Below are positions 63,991 through 64,000 of a DNA stretch of 64,000 bases, in pieces. The position numbers were made by a program, and so were the translations under genes. Position 1 is the first letter of the stretch; each line of letters starts with the position of its first letter. The notes below the pieces were generated by a model. That model had not been told where the DNA came from, made no database searches, and saw only the letters and a list, made by a program, of their open reading frames with translations. The stretch is from NCBI GenBank assembly GCA_009694955.1, contig SIBZ01000001.1, positions 63 to 64,062 on the forward strand, written 5' to 3'. The stretch is from Candidatus Tayloriibacteriota bacterium. Its GTDB lineage: Bacteria; Patescibacteriota; Minisyncoccia; Phycocordibacterales; UBA10002.

Positions 63991-64000
63991 TGGCGCCGTA

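Overview
A 64-kb gene-dense window (~50% GC) with mostly housekeeping content. It encodes pnp, rpsO, cca, rsmA, rsmE, a pcrA/uvrD-type helicase, ddl, a murF-like ligase, clpP, rny, trigger factor, HU, H+-pyrophosphatase, two HhH-GPD glycosylases and an M23/LysM peptidase. Many small hypothetical and membrane proteins are interspersed. The gene content (RNase Y, DUF2339/DUF3999 pair, H+-PPase, few biosynthetic genes, many paralogous small regulators) suggests a small-genome, Patescibacteria/CPR-like bacterium; that is an inference only. No rRNA genes and no CRISPR arrays are present.

The left edge holds a minus-strand operon: a 977-aa secreted protein with a discoidin-like domain, then a 1018-aa TrbL/VirB6-like polytopic protein with a long coiled-coil tail built from perfect tandem repeats, then a further ORF that runs off the window. 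This looks like part of a type IV secretion or pilus-like locus.

Four tRNA genes are present (Arg-TCG, Gly-GCC, Gly-TCC, Pro-TGG). The most unusual thing I see is that three of them are each followed by a homologous 130-160 bp structured 'tail' that ends in a direct repeat of the 3'-terminal 20-23 nt of its own tRNA.

Other notable signals are several families of small hairpin repeats, two of which are inserted in-frame into genes or supply ribosome-binding sites. There is a 2.4-kb two-gene cassette flanked by 62-bp direct repeats of a TrmB-like gene 3' end, and a paralogous ComM C-terminal fragment. I also see a degenerate TnpB-like remnant, a DinJ/YafQ toxin-antitoxin pair, and a promoter/terminator-bounded non-coding locus upstream of rpsO.
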